From: Candidatus Obscuribacteraceae bacterium
GTDB taxonomy: Bacteria; Cyanobacteriota; Vampirovibrionia; Obscuribacterales; Obscuribacteraceae
Reading direction: 5' to 3'
Assembly (NCBI GenBank): GCA_044226015.1
Contig: JBGAHS010000002.1
Location: 128,001-192,000, forward strand
DNA length: 64,000 nucleotides
Shown here: positions 9,329 to 19,749 of the stretch, one piece after another
Layout: the number at the start of each line of letters is the position of its first letter
How positions within the stretch are numbered: the first letter of the stretch is position 1
The notes under the pieces: model-generated
Seen by the model: only the letters and a program-made list of their open reading frames with translations
Told to the model about the DNA's origin: nothing
Database searches by the model: none
Position numbers and translations under genes: made by a program

Positions 9329-9880
9329 CTAGGGCAATCTCTTCGCCCGCGGCACCATCTCGTCGTACCAGCTGCCGTAATAGTCTGGGTAATCTTCACC
9401 AGTCGTAGACGTAATCGTCTTTACAAGGGCTCTTCTAATGGCTCTACGTCCGCCTTTCTTGTAACGGTTCAACCATTCAAGCTCTTTAGGATCTACCTTC
9501 ACACCGGCTTTGAGCAGCTCTCTCACGATGCTGATTTCGTGAACAATCGCCTCGGTTTCTTCTTCTAGGCAGCGCTCCACAAACTCTCTACGTCCCGTTT
9601 CTCCCACAACTGGGTCAAGCGTTGGACGCACAAGAGCGTGAACAAATTCATGCGCAATGCTAATCAGCTTGTAGTTACGCGGACACCATCGACCTATATA
9701 AATAGTACGTCGACGCTTGTCGTAGTAAGCCCGACAAGGTCCATCCACCTGACGAATCTTGACACCTTCTGACTTGATTCTTTCGATATCAGCTATAAGG
9801 GTAGGTGACTTGAGAGCCACCTCAACCAGGCGTTTGCCAAACTGCTTCTTCAAATTGCGCAGAACCTTAGGGGGTAACAC
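9329..9880 (-). CDS. Small basic HExxH (zincin-like) protein
   Basis: AYYDKRRRTIYI, IAHEFVHAL, then EEETEA. Likely GTG start at 9880 after GGAGAGGGAG. Confidence 0.6.
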   Translation of the reverse strand: MLPPKVLRNLKKQFGKRLVEVALKSPTLIADIERIKSEGVKIRQVDGPCRAYYDKRRRTIYIGRWCPRNYKLISIAHEFVHALVRPTLDPVVGETGRREFVERCLEEETEAIVHEISIVRELLKAGVKVDPKELEWLNRYKKGGRRAIRRALVKTITSTTGEDYPDYYGSWYDEMVPRAKRLP

Positions 9881-10160
9881 AGCAACTCCCTCTCCATGAA
9901 AGTGAACGCAGATTAATTTTAGCGCAATATCTTGGCAAGCACAAATGGGTAAAAGCCTTATTTTTCGAGACATTTGGCGAATTTAGGGCGTTAGTGGGAA
10001 ATTAAATCATTGATTAACTTTCGCTAATATTGCTGGCGAGGTCGATTTCACTAAATTCGTGACTGGGGGTTTCCATAAGTTCGCTAGTAGAAACCTTAGC
10101 TGGGGTTATCCCTAAGCACATGCTAGACTGAAATGTATCCTGTATTCAGCGAGTCTGGCT

Positions 10161-11528
10161 GTGACTTATAGAGAAACCGCGCCGAGAACTAGCGCGAATT
10201 TAGTCGACAAAATCGCAGTTGTACTGAGCAAGCGGCAAGATCGAATCGATCTTGCAGCCGGTGTTTTTGCAGAAATTATCAATGGTGGAGCCAATAGCGC
10301 CACACTCTGGCAGAGAGAAAACAGAGCCAGCACTACTTTTTTCGTCGACCAGTCTTCTTGCAGAACCGAAGCAGGCGAAGCCTTAGATGCAAGCAAACTT
10401 GAACAGTGGAAAGAATGGTCGGAAAATGGCTCTAGAGAGCCAGCGATGCTGGACAATGCTGACGATGTTTTCGGCGGTTCAGCAATGTCGAAGCACTCAG
10501 TTATAATGCCTATTCATGCGCAAGACGGCAGTGTTATCGCATTACTGAGTGTCAATCATGGAAATGAACAACGACTGCAAAATCATCAGCTTACGCCCAC
10601 AGTTGCACAGCTCTTACTTAACGCAATCTACACCGACAAGCGTTCAAGCCAAAACTCCACGCTGCAATTGCAGAATGAGCTCTGGCTTGAACACAATCAT
10701 AGATTGATAATTCAACGTATTATTTCGAGGCTCGATCGAGATTATGTCTTGCAATCTGCCGTTGATACATTAGGCAACATGCTGAAAGTAAGTTCTTGCC
10801 TTATTCTAAATTGTGACCCCTCACAAAAGCCTCGAATCACACACGAATATGTGGATCCAGAACTATCTCCACTTGGGCTAGGTTGGAGCATGGCGATACC
10901 ACCTGTGATAGCAGCACAAATGTGTGAACGCACCACAGTGCTTGAAGAGTCTGGTATTAGAAAACATGAGCAAAGCCAGATAATTGACGGCGCAGAGTCG
11001 ATGTATGAAAGCAGCATTCGCAGTCTCGTTGGCACACCTATACTTTCTGTAGGCACCAGCCTCGGTGCTTTAGTTGTACAAAGTGACAGAGAACGACGCT
11101 GGCAGAGAGAAGAAATAAAACTACTGGAAGCCACAGCTCATGCAATTTCAATAGCTTTAAGAAATGCAGATCTATATCAGGAAGCAAAAGAACAAGTATT
11201 CAATTTAAACCTGGTAAGCAACCTCACCAGACAATTAAGCACAGCAGTAGAGCAAATCTACCGTGCACCGCAAAAGAGCGAACCATCGCTGATGATGGGA
11301 GAAGATGAAGATGGTGTTCTTCAAGCTGGCAAAGCCCCCCCGCTTTCAGCCAGAGAATTAGAGGTTCTCAGACTGATTGCTTCCGGGCTAGCAAATCGCG
11401 AAATTGCGCAGAGATTGTTTTTGACAGAGTCAACTGTAGAGCTTCACGCTTCACGAATCAGGAAAAAGTTAAAACTGAAGAGCAGAACTGCTCTTGTAAA
11501 GTACGCTTGCGACAATCATTTAGTTTAG
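10161..11528 (+). CDS. GAF-domain LuxR-family transcriptional regulator
   Basis: GAF motifs (IRSLVGTPI, RRWQREEIKLL, IALRNADLY); C-terminal LSARELEVLRLIASGLANREIAQRLFLTESTVELHASRI. Confidence 0.9.
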   Translation: MTYRETAPRTSANLVDKIAVVLSKRQDRIDLAAGVFAEIINGGANSATLWQRENRASTTFFVDQSSCRTEAGEALDASKLEQWKEWSENGSREPAMLDNADDVFGGSAMSKHSVIMPIHAQDGSVIALLSVNHGNEQRLQNHQLTPTVAQLLLNAIYTDKRSSQNSTLQLQNELWLEHNHRLIIQRIISRLDRDYVLQSAVDTLGNMLKVSSCLILNCDPSQKPRITHEYVDPELSPLGLGWSMAIPPVIAAQMCERTTVLEESGIRKHEQSQIIDGAESMYESSIRSLVGTPILSVGTSLGALVVQSDRERRWQREEIKLLEATAHAISIALRNADLYQEAKEQVFNLNLVSNLTRQLSTAVEQIYRAPQKSEPSLMMGEDEDGVLQAGKAPPLSARELEVLRLIASGLANREIAQRLFLTESTVELHASRIRKKLKLKSRTALVKYACDNHLV

Positions 11529-12829
11529 AGCAATCCTCTAGCCTTGATTTCAAGATATTTGTCCACTAATCGACTCGAAAGATCTTGCGGCGGACTATCC
11601 AAGAGCAGGCAGCCACGGCGCACAAGGTGGGAGAAAGCGAGTTCTCGCTGGGCAATCAAATCATTAGCAACGGCGCGCTTCATTATGCCCTGCAAATCAG
11701 GCGCAGACTGCTCAGAAATGCGATCAACTTCTCTGTCTCGCAAAGTCACACAGAAAGGAAGATGGCGCGGACTCAAGCTAGCCAAGCCGGTTAGGAGCGA
11801 TGCAGAACCGGTCGGGTCAGTCAAATCACTGATCAAAACCATTAGCGAACGAGATTTCTGAGCACTAGCAAAGAAAGATAAAGCACCTGTGTAATCTGGT
11901 TCAACCATTTTTGGTCTGAGATCACAGCACGCTTCGAGAATTTTCGTTAGATATGATTTTCCTCGGCGAGGTGGCATGAACAACAAAGGCTTATCTGCAA
12001 AAATTCCCAGACCCACCTGGTCGTTGCGCATAAGTCCGGTAAGAACAAGTGACAAAGCTGCATTTAACGCATGGTCAAAACGACTGAGTCCTTCCAGATC
12101 AGAAACCATCATTCGTCCAGCATCGACAAGCACCATCAAGGTCTGCTCTTTCTCTACTTCGTAAACACGAAGAACCGGTCGGTCTCTGCGGGCTGTGGCT
12201 TTCCAATCCATCGACCTGATATCGTCACCGCTCACATATTCTCGAAGCGAAGAGAAATCAGTTCCCTGACCTCTTTTCCTTACCTTGAGTACGCCGAGTT
12301 CTGATGAATGGGCTAGTTTCACTGACAACTCTTGAAGCGCTTTCAGGTCAGGATAGACACGCACCTTTTTTGTTGCAGGAACATTTAGTTGCCGCCAAAA
12401 AAGTCCCAACGCACTTCGATAACGTAGTGTGATATCGCCGAATTCAAATTCGCCACGACGACGAGGAAACAACATGTACTCGAGCTTAGCGCGACTCTTA
12501 TCGGCGAGCTTGAAATCAAACTCTTGCACATCAGCTTCCAAATCAACGGGGTAGCAATCACGCAATTGTATTTGCAATGGCTTCAGCGCATTGCTGTAGA
12601 CTTCAATTAATACCTCGTTCTGCCGACCAATTGAAAGCCGGTCTGAACAAAATCGTTGCGCTGAAATATTCTTTGAATCTGGAGTTATTCTCGCATCAAT
12701 TAACACAAGGAAGAGCAATACAGCATCAATTGCCCATGCGATGGCTGCAACTCTGGGCAGCCAGATTGAGGCAAAGAGAATAGCTACGCCAGCAAGCAAC
12801 AAAAAATAGAGGAGGCGTGCAGGAATCAT
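11525..12829 (-). CDS. DUF58 (vWA-like) MoxR-associated membrane protein
   Basis: GTDFSSLREYVSGDDIRSMDWKATAR, VDAGRMM, two N-terminal TM segments; follows the MoxR gene. Confidence 0.88.
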   Translation of the reverse strand: MIPARLLYFLLLAGVAILFASIWLPRVAAIAWAIDAVLLFLVLIDARITPDSKNISAQRFCSDRLSIGRQNEVLIEVYSNALKPLQIQLRDCYPVDLEADVQEFDFKLADKSRAKLEYMLFPRRRGEFEFGDITLRYRSALGLFWRQLNVPATKKVRVYPDLKALQELSVKLAHSSELGVLKVRKRGQGTDFSSLREYVSGDDIRSMDWKATARRDRPVLRVYEVEKEQTLMVLVDAGRMMVSDLEGLSRFDHALNAALSLVLTGLMRNDQVGLGIFADKPLLFMPPRRGKSYLTKILEACCDLRPKMVEPDYTGALSFFASAQKSRSLMVLISDLTDPTGSASLLTGLASLSPRHLPFCVTLRDREVDRISEQSAPDLQGIMKRAVANDLIAQRELAFSHLVRRGCLLLDSPPQDLSSRLVDKYLEIKARGLL

Positions 12830-12833
12830 CACG

Positions 12834-13784
12834 CTATCTCGGCACGGGAACCAATCCCAACAACTTATTGATGACTTGAGTTGTGTTAATGCCCTCAAGC
12901 TCTGATTCTGGTGTCAAAATCAAGCGATGCCGCAGCACTGGGTGCGCCACAAATTTGATATTGTCTGGGGTGACGAAGTCTTTTCCTTCCATAGCTGCAT
13001 GAGCCTTGGCGGCAGCCAACCAGGCAAGTCCGGCTCTCGGGCTTGCACCCAATTGCACATCGGAAAGCGAGCGAGATTTTTGAATCAGTTGCATCAAATA
13101 ACTGAAAATACTGTCTTCGACTCGAATGCTCTTCATGTGCATTCTGCAATTTAGAAGTTCATCAAGCGAAATCGCTGGTTGCAAATCAGTCTTTTTCTTG
13201 CGGTCGTAAACACCGTTCTGCCAATTTGCAAGCATTATAGTTTCGGCATCACCTTCAGGATAACCGACAAGAATTTTGAGCATAAAACGGTCTAACTGTG
13301 CCTCAGGAAGAGGATAAGTGCCTTCAAACTCAACAGGGTTTTGAGTCGCCACCACCATAAAAAGTTCTGGCAACGCTTCAGTATGCCCATCAATAGTAAT
13401 CTGGCGCTCTTCCATCGCCTCAAGAAGAGCAGATTGGGTCTTGGGTGCAGTTCTATTCACTTCGTCTGCAAGCAGCAGGCTAGTGAATATTGGACCCTTC
13501 TTTACGCTGAAAGTTTTGGTGGTCAAATCATAAATACTGGTGCCGAGAATATCAGAGGGAAGCATGTCTGGTGTCAACTGAATTCGACCGAAGTCAGCCC
13601 CTACAAGCTTGGACAGAGTCTTCACTAACATAGTCTTTGCCGTACCGGGCACCCCCTCTAAAAGGACGTGACCATCTGCAAGAATTGCCACGAGCAACTG
13701 GTCAATGACCATGTCTTGCCCGACTATATGCTGTTTGATCGCAGCAGCAAGGCGCCCAATGGTTTCAGAAATTGATTGCGACAA
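12834..13784 (-). CDS. moxR: MoxR family AAA+ ATPase
   Basis: LLEGVPGTAKT, RIQLTPDMLPSD, LADEVNR, ATQNPVEFEGTYPLPEAQLDRF. Confidence 0.95.
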   Translation of the reverse strand: MSQSISETIGRLAAAIKQHIVGQDMVIDQLLVAILADGHVLLEGVPGTAKTMLVKTLSKLVGADFGRIQLTPDMLPSDILGTSIYDLTTKTFSVKKGPIFTSLLLADEVNRTAPKTQSALLEAMEERQITIDGHTEALPELFMVVATQNPVEFEGTYPLPEAQLDRFMLKILVGYPEGDAETIMLANWQNGVYDRKKKTDLQPAISLDELLNCRMHMKSIRVEDSIFSYLMQLIQKSRSLSDVQLGASPRAGLAWLAAAKAHAAMEGKDFVTPDNIKFVAHPVLRHRLILTPESELEGINTTQVINKLLGLVPVPR

Positions 13785-13835
13785 TTGCGTATTCAGAAAC
13801 TGTTTCTCCCGAGATGCATGATTCTAACACAAAGC

Positions 13836-15038
13836 TCAAGTACCCAAACGACGGACTGAATGAACTGCAAGATGCACTTTGCTTGCATCATAGAGACGGT
13901 CACATTCTTTCATCACACTGACAAGTTCCTCGTTACTGATTTCACTTGCATTCTGTAAGCGCTCTGCAGTCTGCAAAAATCCCAAAGTTTCCTTCAAACT
14001 GATATTGGTCGAGTTCGACCACTGAGCTGCAAGCACTTCATTTTTCTCATCAGGAGGCAGTGACAGAGCCTTGCACAGTCGCAAATGGAATGAGCCAAAC
14101 AAAATTTGAAACGCGGTGCGATTTGCACGAGCTTTCATGAATGTATGTGCCATGCCATCAATATATTCTTTGGAAGCAATTTTTCTTGCGTTAGAAATAC
14201 TCCACACTGGTCCAAATTTGACATTCTGAGCATAAAGGTAGAGAACAAATAGTAGTAAGACTTGCAAGGTGACCGCACCCGCCGGCCCCTTAGCCAGATA
14301 CACAAAAGCATTCATAGCACTGGAGTATCCATGTGCTCTTTCATCAAACAAAATCGTGTCATGATCGCTAACGATGTTTGAAAGAAACTGGAAATTGCCC
14401 CACTGACCTGTGTCTGAGACACGCCGATTTGAACAGAGACTTGGAACGTTTATTATGTAGCAATCACCATCGCCATGAGCTTTCTGAACTGCAAGCGCGC
14501 CATATTTGTCAGATACGAGTTCTTTTCCTCCTCGTAAGCGGGTTTCAGAACTCATTACAAGTTGATGTACATGATCAAACTCCGGCTCTTTTTGCAGGTT
14601 GCTGCACTTCCAATTGTCTAGGGTAGAAGAAATCGTTGCTGAAACAGACAATTTTTGAAGCAGATAACGACCCGAACCGTACATGCAATGGTCAACGTAG
14701 ATAAGCGTGTTGCCTTTGGCAACCCACTGCAGCACATGGTCAATGTCGCTTGGCATTAAAGGCACCGTAGGTGCCACCACAAGCAGAACACTCTTATTTG
14801 CAGTAAGTTCCCTGTAAGACTTCTCAAATCTCACACATTTACGACCAAGCCTTTCGTTCAATTCGTAGAAAGCCTTATAGCCACTGCTTCTGTCATTATA
14901 ACTTGATGCATTTGTTATAGTTTCAGGCAGATAATGCCCAAATTCATGACCAAGACTTGAAGACAACTGCGATGCCAGAAAACAAAAAAGGCAGAGAAGC
15001 GGTATTTGCCAGATGAGATTCTTGCGCCAGTCAGTCAT
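13836..15038 (-). CDS. DUF4350-like membrane-anchored protein
   Basis: SSYNDRSSGYKAFYE, WVAKGNTLI, LFDERAHGY, a TM segment, EYIDGMA; position in the MoxR operon. Confidence 0.7.
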   Translation of the reverse strand: MTDWRKNLIWQIPLLCLFCFLASQLSSSLGHEFGHYLPETITNASSYNDRSSGYKAFYELNERLGRKCVRFEKSYRELTANKSVLLVVAPTVPLMPSDIDHVLQWVAKGNTLIYVDHCMYGSGRYLLQKLSVSATISSTLDNWKCSNLQKEPEFDHVHQLVMSSETRLRGGKELVSDKYGALAVQKAHGDGDCYIINVPSLCSNRRVSDTGQWGNFQFLSNIVSDHDTILFDERAHGYSSAMNAFVYLAKGPAGAVTLQVLLLFVLYLYAQNVKFGPVWSISNARKIASKEYIDGMAHTFMKARANRTAFQILFGSFHLRLCKALSLPPDEKNEVLAAQWSNSTNISLKETLGFLQTAERLQNASEISNEELVSVMKECDRLYDASKVHLAVHSVRRLGT

Positions 15039-15711
15039 GGACAGACTCCCTCAAGGCAGCAAGTTTAGCCTGCGAAATTCTGTCAACCTCAGAGTCGGCC
15101 TGCGCAAGCAGGTTTAGACAAGCGGTGTAATCGTCCTCTTCAGCCTGGCGATTTCCAAACCAGACATGCTCAACAATGTCTGCGAGATTTATGAACTCTT
15201 TTTGCAGCGCCGGGTAAGACACGAGCAGATATCGATATTCAAAATTTGTCTTCGCCGGAGCAAATACTACGACCGACTTCTCATGCATATTTTGCAGGAA
15301 GCAAAGGTAAATAGAGCGGCAGGCTGACTTGAAATCTCTTGTTTTTGCATAGTTAGCCGCTTCGGCTTTATATCCACTCGAGTCCAAAATCTTCTCAACA
15401 GCAGCAGCACCGCGTCTGGTGGCAGCCAGCTTTTCAGTTTTGTCCTGTGCCTTCCGCCAGAGAACATAAAGTATCGCGATAACAGCCACTGCACCGAGCA
15501 AATAAACAATGTACTGAATTACCGTACTGACAGCAGAATTGTTAGCACCTGAATGTGGGCGCAATCGAAAAAAATTCTCCAGCAGGTCTTGAGCGGCCTG
15601 CAAAAGCTGCTGAATGAGTTCTTGAACGCGAATCATCCAATCAGGAACAGGCTCGCTTTTGTATGAAGGGGCTATCGCTGCCAGCTCTGCGCTAACGTCC
15701 CGATGGCTCAT
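15031..15711 (-). CDS. DUF4129-like membrane protein
   Basis: One TM segment then A.R..YL...KTNFEY...EHVWFG; MoxR operon context. Confidence 0.7.
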   Translation of the reverse strand: MSHRDVSAELAAIAPSYKSEPVPDWMIRVQELIQQLLQAAQDLLENFFRLRPHSGANNSAVSTVIQYIVYLLGAVAVIAILYVLWRKAQDKTEKLAATRRGAAAVEKILDSSGYKAEAANYAKTRDFKSACRSIYLCFLQNMHEKSVVVFAPAKTNFEYRYLLVSYPALQKEFINLADIVEHVWFGNRQAEEDDYTACLNLLAQADSEVDRISQAKLAALRESVHD

Positions 15712-16669
15712 TTTCTGCTCCCTGTGCCGCTTTCAGCAGATTTAACCGCCTCACAATGTCCAGCCCTTCAGCTCGCTGGCGTAAATCAAGATAGAACAAA
15801 CCGAAGCAAAGAAGCGTCACTGGTCGCAATAACAAACCGGTAACAGCCTCCCAAGCCTGAACGAAAATCAGAACGCCAAGCGAGAGTTCAGAGTCCGAAC
15901 TGTAAGTTCCCTGCGCCTGCCTTATGGCTACGTCTGCTACAGAAGCAAAAACGACTGGAATAGAAACCGGCACAGTCACGATAGAAAAGACAATGTAAAA
16001 AACGCAGGAGAACGCCATGACTCGGCCAAAATACTTAAAGGTCCAATGAAAAGTTCTTCCAATGAGCCCAAAAAAGCTGTCCTCCTCGCAGGACAAAACT
16101 GAAAAGCCCATTACGCTAAGCAGCCCCAGAAACATGAGGCTGATAAAAAAGCCAATCATTCCAATGAATATACCGACCGCCGCAAAAATGCTGCCAATAG
16201 CTGCACTTTTGGCAGATACGACCGCCGAAAGCACCATGACACATACCCAAACGCCGATAAGTACACCACTGACAGTCACAGTGACGCCTGTCAAACCCAG
16301 CAACCACAACCATCGAGACCTGGCGAAGGCTTCTGCCTTTTCCCAGGTGCTAGAAAAGCCTGTCAGATAGCGCAACAAGGCAATCTGCCGGAGAGCCATG
16401 AAGATCAAAGCGAAGAGGTAAACCAGCGCCGAAACTATAACTAGCCCAATGGAAACGGCAGCCATGCCGAAGCCAGCCTTGAAACCGTAAGAAACGCACC
16501 ATTGCAAAACAGAAACGGAAACAAAATACAGGACGGTGGGTGTTATCAATGCTTTGAAAATGAGTTTGAGATTTTTGCGCCAAATGCGGAACGCAAGACT
16601 GATCAGGTCGCACAACCCGAGGGTTTGATCAATCGGGATAGGAGTTAGCCGATTTTCAGCGCTTGTCAT
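15692..16669 (-). CDS. Multi-pass membrane protein of the MoxR/DUF58 cluster
   Basis: About six hydrophobic segments; C-terminal FYLDLRQRAEGLDI motif typical of this cluster. Confidence 0.75.
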   Translation of the reverse strand: MTSAENRLTPIPIDQTLGLCDLISLAFRIWRKNLKLIFKALITPTVLYFVSVSVLQWCVSYGFKAGFGMAAVSIGLVIVSALVYLFALIFMALRQIALLRYLTGFSSTWEKAEAFARSRWLWLLGLTGVTVTVSGVLIGVWVCVMVLSAVVSAKSAAIGSIFAAVGIFIGMIGFFISLMFLGLLSVMGFSVLSCEEDSFFGLIGRTFHWTFKYFGRVMAFSCVFYIVFSIVTVPVSIPVVFASVADVAIRQAQGTYSSDSELSLGVLIFVQAWEAVTGLLLRPVTLLCFGLFYLDLRQRAEGLDIVRRLNLLKAAQGAENEPSGR

Positions 16670-16936
16670 CGAAACCTTTCAGTGAAAAAAGACTGCTGTC
16701 TTACATACTGCCACGTTCAGAGAAATTGAACACAAAAAATCTTTGCTTACGCATCCAAAAGTTTGTGAAATCGGGCATACTGGAAGTGGGGAAAAATCAA
16801 CCTTGTCTATTGTGAACCCGAGAAAAGCTCTCAGCGCCTCACAATACAGACCTGGGAGGAAATTGTGGCACAATTTCTGGTGATTTGAAAAGCTCACAAG
16901 AGCAAATGGGGTTGGCACTCACTGGCGGCTTAAATC

Positions 16937-19720
16937 ATGACATTAGCATTAGTTGAAAAGCTATCGGACGTAAGAGATTTTAGAAAAATCCTCGAAACAA
17001 CGGTCAAGGAAATTGGAGAGAACTATTCCTCCGAGATGTGTCAAATCATATTGAGCAATCCACTTGACACGAACTTCACGTCAATTTGCGAATACATAGC
17101 AAACCCCGAAGAAGTCCAAGATGACTTGCCGTCAACCACGTTTCCTCTGCATCTTGAAGGCGGCGGACTTGGCTTGCTAAGCGTTTCAAGGCAAAACACC
17201 TTGACGAAAGAAGAAGTCGACGAAATTCGCATCACACTTGCAAACATATCTGATATTTTGAGATACGCTCAAATCAACGACCTTGTTCAGCGCGACACTT
17301 TCAGAAGCGCGTTCATGTCAGAAATCAGCAACCTGATGAAACTGCCTATGGGTTTGGGCGACGCACTTTTCATGGTTGTGAACATTCTGGGGAAAGCTCT
17401 GGCCTGCAGCAGATGTATTTTTGTCTGCTGCGACGACATGCGCTCTGATTGGAAATCATATGAGTATTTCCAGAGAGAACGCGGCGATATCATCGCAGCG
17501 CAACAATTCGGATTTCCATCAAAAGACTCAGCAATAGTTTCGCAAGCGCTCTTATCGATGGTTCCTATCATTTCATTTGAAGGTCAGCCAAACTCTTACA
17601 AGACTCCAGTTCAGGAAGAAATGGAGTTTATCGGCGTACGCTCGCAAGTCTGTGTTGCGATACGTTCAAACATCGCCGTTCATGGCGCAATCATAATTCA
17701 GCATTGCGATTCAAGGCATGCATGGACACGTGACGAAGTAGATATTGTACAGAGCGCTGCAGACACTATCGCAGAGGCTCTTTCGCAGCTGCCCGAAGAG
17801 ATGAAGGAAATTGCTCCGATAATGAGACTGCATCAAAATGATGTAGCAGACACGAAATCGATGAGTCAGCAAAGCATTCAGGAAGTTCGCAAAAACCTGA
17901 AGCGCACAATGAGCCATGGAATGATTCCCACGGCGAATACATCCAAACAGTCGGCTGCGGAGCAGAAGGCTCGGGCGGAAGCACCACCACCTCCTCCACC
18001 ACCCGCACCAGTACCAGCACCGCCTGTAGTGCCACCACAGGAAGAAGAAGAAGCTGCAGAACAGGTGCACGACCTCACCGAGTATCAAGAAGATGCTTAC
18101 GATGAGAAATCAGGAGAGGATGCAGTTCAAGAATATGTAGATGGAGGCTCTTCGTGGGGAGACGATCAGCAGTCCACAGATTGGGGAAGCGAAGCACCTG
18201 CCGAGAGCAACGAAGACCTGGGTGGACTCGCAGCTGCTATCGAATCAGCAGGCGAAGCGCAGACACCTCCGGTGCCGGCTCAGGAAGCACCGCCCAGCTT
18301 CCGCGGAGTACTCGGCGGAATACTTGGCAATCAGCGCAACGCAGGCAATTCCGTTGGTGCCTGGGACATCGAAACAAGCAATGAGCAACCACCCTCACCT
18401 CCAGGAATATCCGGAGCACCAGAACCAGACAGCGCAGCTACTGCGGCATCGGCAGCGAGCCAGTGGGGCGAACTAGACTCTATACCTACTCCAGGCGGCG
18501 AAGCTGCGGCGGCTCCTGCAGCTGGTGCGAGCAAATGGGGCAACCTTGATGCCATACCGGCTCCGGGTGGACCCGGTGCAGCAGCACAGGCACCGACCAG
18601 GCAAGGCGGGCTGGGACAGTCAGGATTGGGACAATCTGGACTGGGACATGCTCAACCTGCAGCAGCTCAAGGAGCAGCATCTGCAGCAAGCCAGTGGGGC
18701 GACCTGGACGCGATTCCCTCTCCAGGGGCGCCACAGCAGCCCCGTCAGGCTCCTCCAGCAGCGGCAGCCGCAGCCAGAGGACCAAGCAAGTGGGGCGATC
18801 TCGATGCAATTCCGGCTCCGGGGAAAACACCGGCGCACGCGCAGGCTGAAGCGCCAACAGATTGGGGACAGAATGAACCCGCACACAATACCCCTATGGG
18901 CGGTGGCGGACTCTCCGCGATGATGCTTGGCAAAGCAAAAGCCAGCGCAGTCACCTCGGGTCCCGGCGGACTTCTCGGCGCGCTCAACAAGGGTGGCGGA
19001 ATGAAACCACCTGCACCACCAGCATTTGTAGATGGACCTCCTATTCAAATAGATGAAGCTGCTGCCGAAGCAAAACTGAAGCAAATTCTGGCTTCGTCCA
19101 ACCCTACAAGTGATTACATATTTGCGACTCCGGGAATCGATATGCGCCTGCTTGGTCGTATAGATGGCTGGGTCACACAGGTTGAAGCGAAGGATAAATA
19201 CACTTACGGTCATGTCCGTGCGGTTGCAGAATATTCCAGTGCAGTCGCTCGAATGATGCAGATGAGCCCCGAAGAAGTAAATTCAATTAGATTGGCAGCC
19301 ATCGTTCATGATGTCGGCAAGCTTGGACTTCCACAGCAAATCTTGCAGAAGCCCGACGAACAACTAAACGATTCCGAACTTCTAATGACGATGAATCATA
19401 CACTTGATGGTGCCAAACTTATCGAGGGATTCCCTGAGCTTGCTCCGCTAGCACCTATTGTTCTGGCACACCATGAAGAGTTTGACGGCAATGGATATCC
19501 CGAAGGGCTTGCAGGCGAAGTCATTCCGCTGGCAGCTCGCATCATTCATGCTTGTAATGCTTACACCGAAATGGTGAGTGACCTGGTATATCGCCAGGGA
19601 ATGAACCCTCAGGAAGCTCAGAACGAGATGATGCGAAAGGCTGGAAGCACCTTTGACCCAGACGTTGTGCAGGCTCTCATAACTTGCATTTCACAGGGGC
19701 AAGTGCCAGCAAAATTCTAA
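16937..19720 (+). CDS. GAF + low-complexity linker + HD-GYP domain protein
   Basis: GAF (RHAWTRDEVDIV); KDKYTYGH, HDVGK, HHEEFDGNGYPEGL, FDPDVV. Confidence 0.88.
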   Translation: MTLALVEKLSDVRDFRKILETTVKEIGENYSSEMCQIILSNPLDTNFTSICEYIANPEEVQDDLPSTTFPLHLEGGGLGLLSVSRQNTLTKEEVDEIRITLANISDILRYAQINDLVQRDTFRSAFMSEISNLMKLPMGLGDALFMVVNILGKALACSRCIFVCCDDMRSDWKSYEYFQRERGDIIAAQQFGFPSKDSAIVSQALLSMVPIISFEGQPNSYKTPVQEEMEFIGVRSQVCVAIRSNIAVHGAIIIQHCDSRHAWTRDEVDIVQSAADTIAEALSQLPEEMKEIAPIMRLHQNDVADTKSMSQQSIQEVRKNLKRTMSHGMIPTANTSKQSAAEQKARAEAPPPPPPPAPVPAPPVVPPQEEEEAAEQVHDLTEYQEDAYDEKSGEDAVQEYVDGGSSWGDDQQSTDWGSEAPAESNEDLGGLAAAIESAGEAQTPPVPAQEAPPSFRGVLGGILGNQRNAGNSVGAWDIETSNEQPPSPPGISGAPEPDSAATAASAASQWGELDSIPTPGGEAAAAPAAGASKWGNLDAIPAPGGPGAAAQAPTRQGGLGQSGLGQSGLGHAQPAAAQGAASAASQWGDLDAIPSPGAPQQPRQAPPAAAAAARGPSKWGDLDAIPAPGKTPAHAQAEAPTDWGQNEPAHNTPMGGGGLSAMMLGKAKASAVTSGPGGLLGALNKGGGMKPPAPPAFVDGPPIQIDEAAAEAKLKQILASSNPTSDYIFATPGIDMRLLGRIDGWVTQVEAKDKYTYGHVRAVAEYSSAVARMMQMSPEEVNSIRLAAIVHDVGKLGLPQQILQKPDEQLNDSELLMTMNHTLDGAKLIEGFPELAPLAPIVLAHHEEFDGNGYPEGLAGEVIPLAARIIHACNAYTEMVSDLVYRQGMNPQEAQNEMMRKAGSTFDPDVVQALITCISQGQVPAKF

Positions 19721-19749
19721 GTACAGCCTAGAAAAGAAAGCGATTAAAG

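Noticed and set aside
11525..16669. MoxR/DUF58 operon as a novel system
   Set aside because: A widespread, already described cluster; nothing unusual here beyond no adjacent RDD/SpoIIM genes.
16680..16930. TGTGA/TCACA half-sites in a divergent promoter (CRP-like)
   Set aside because: No correctly spaced TGTGA-N6-TCACA pair; too weak to call.
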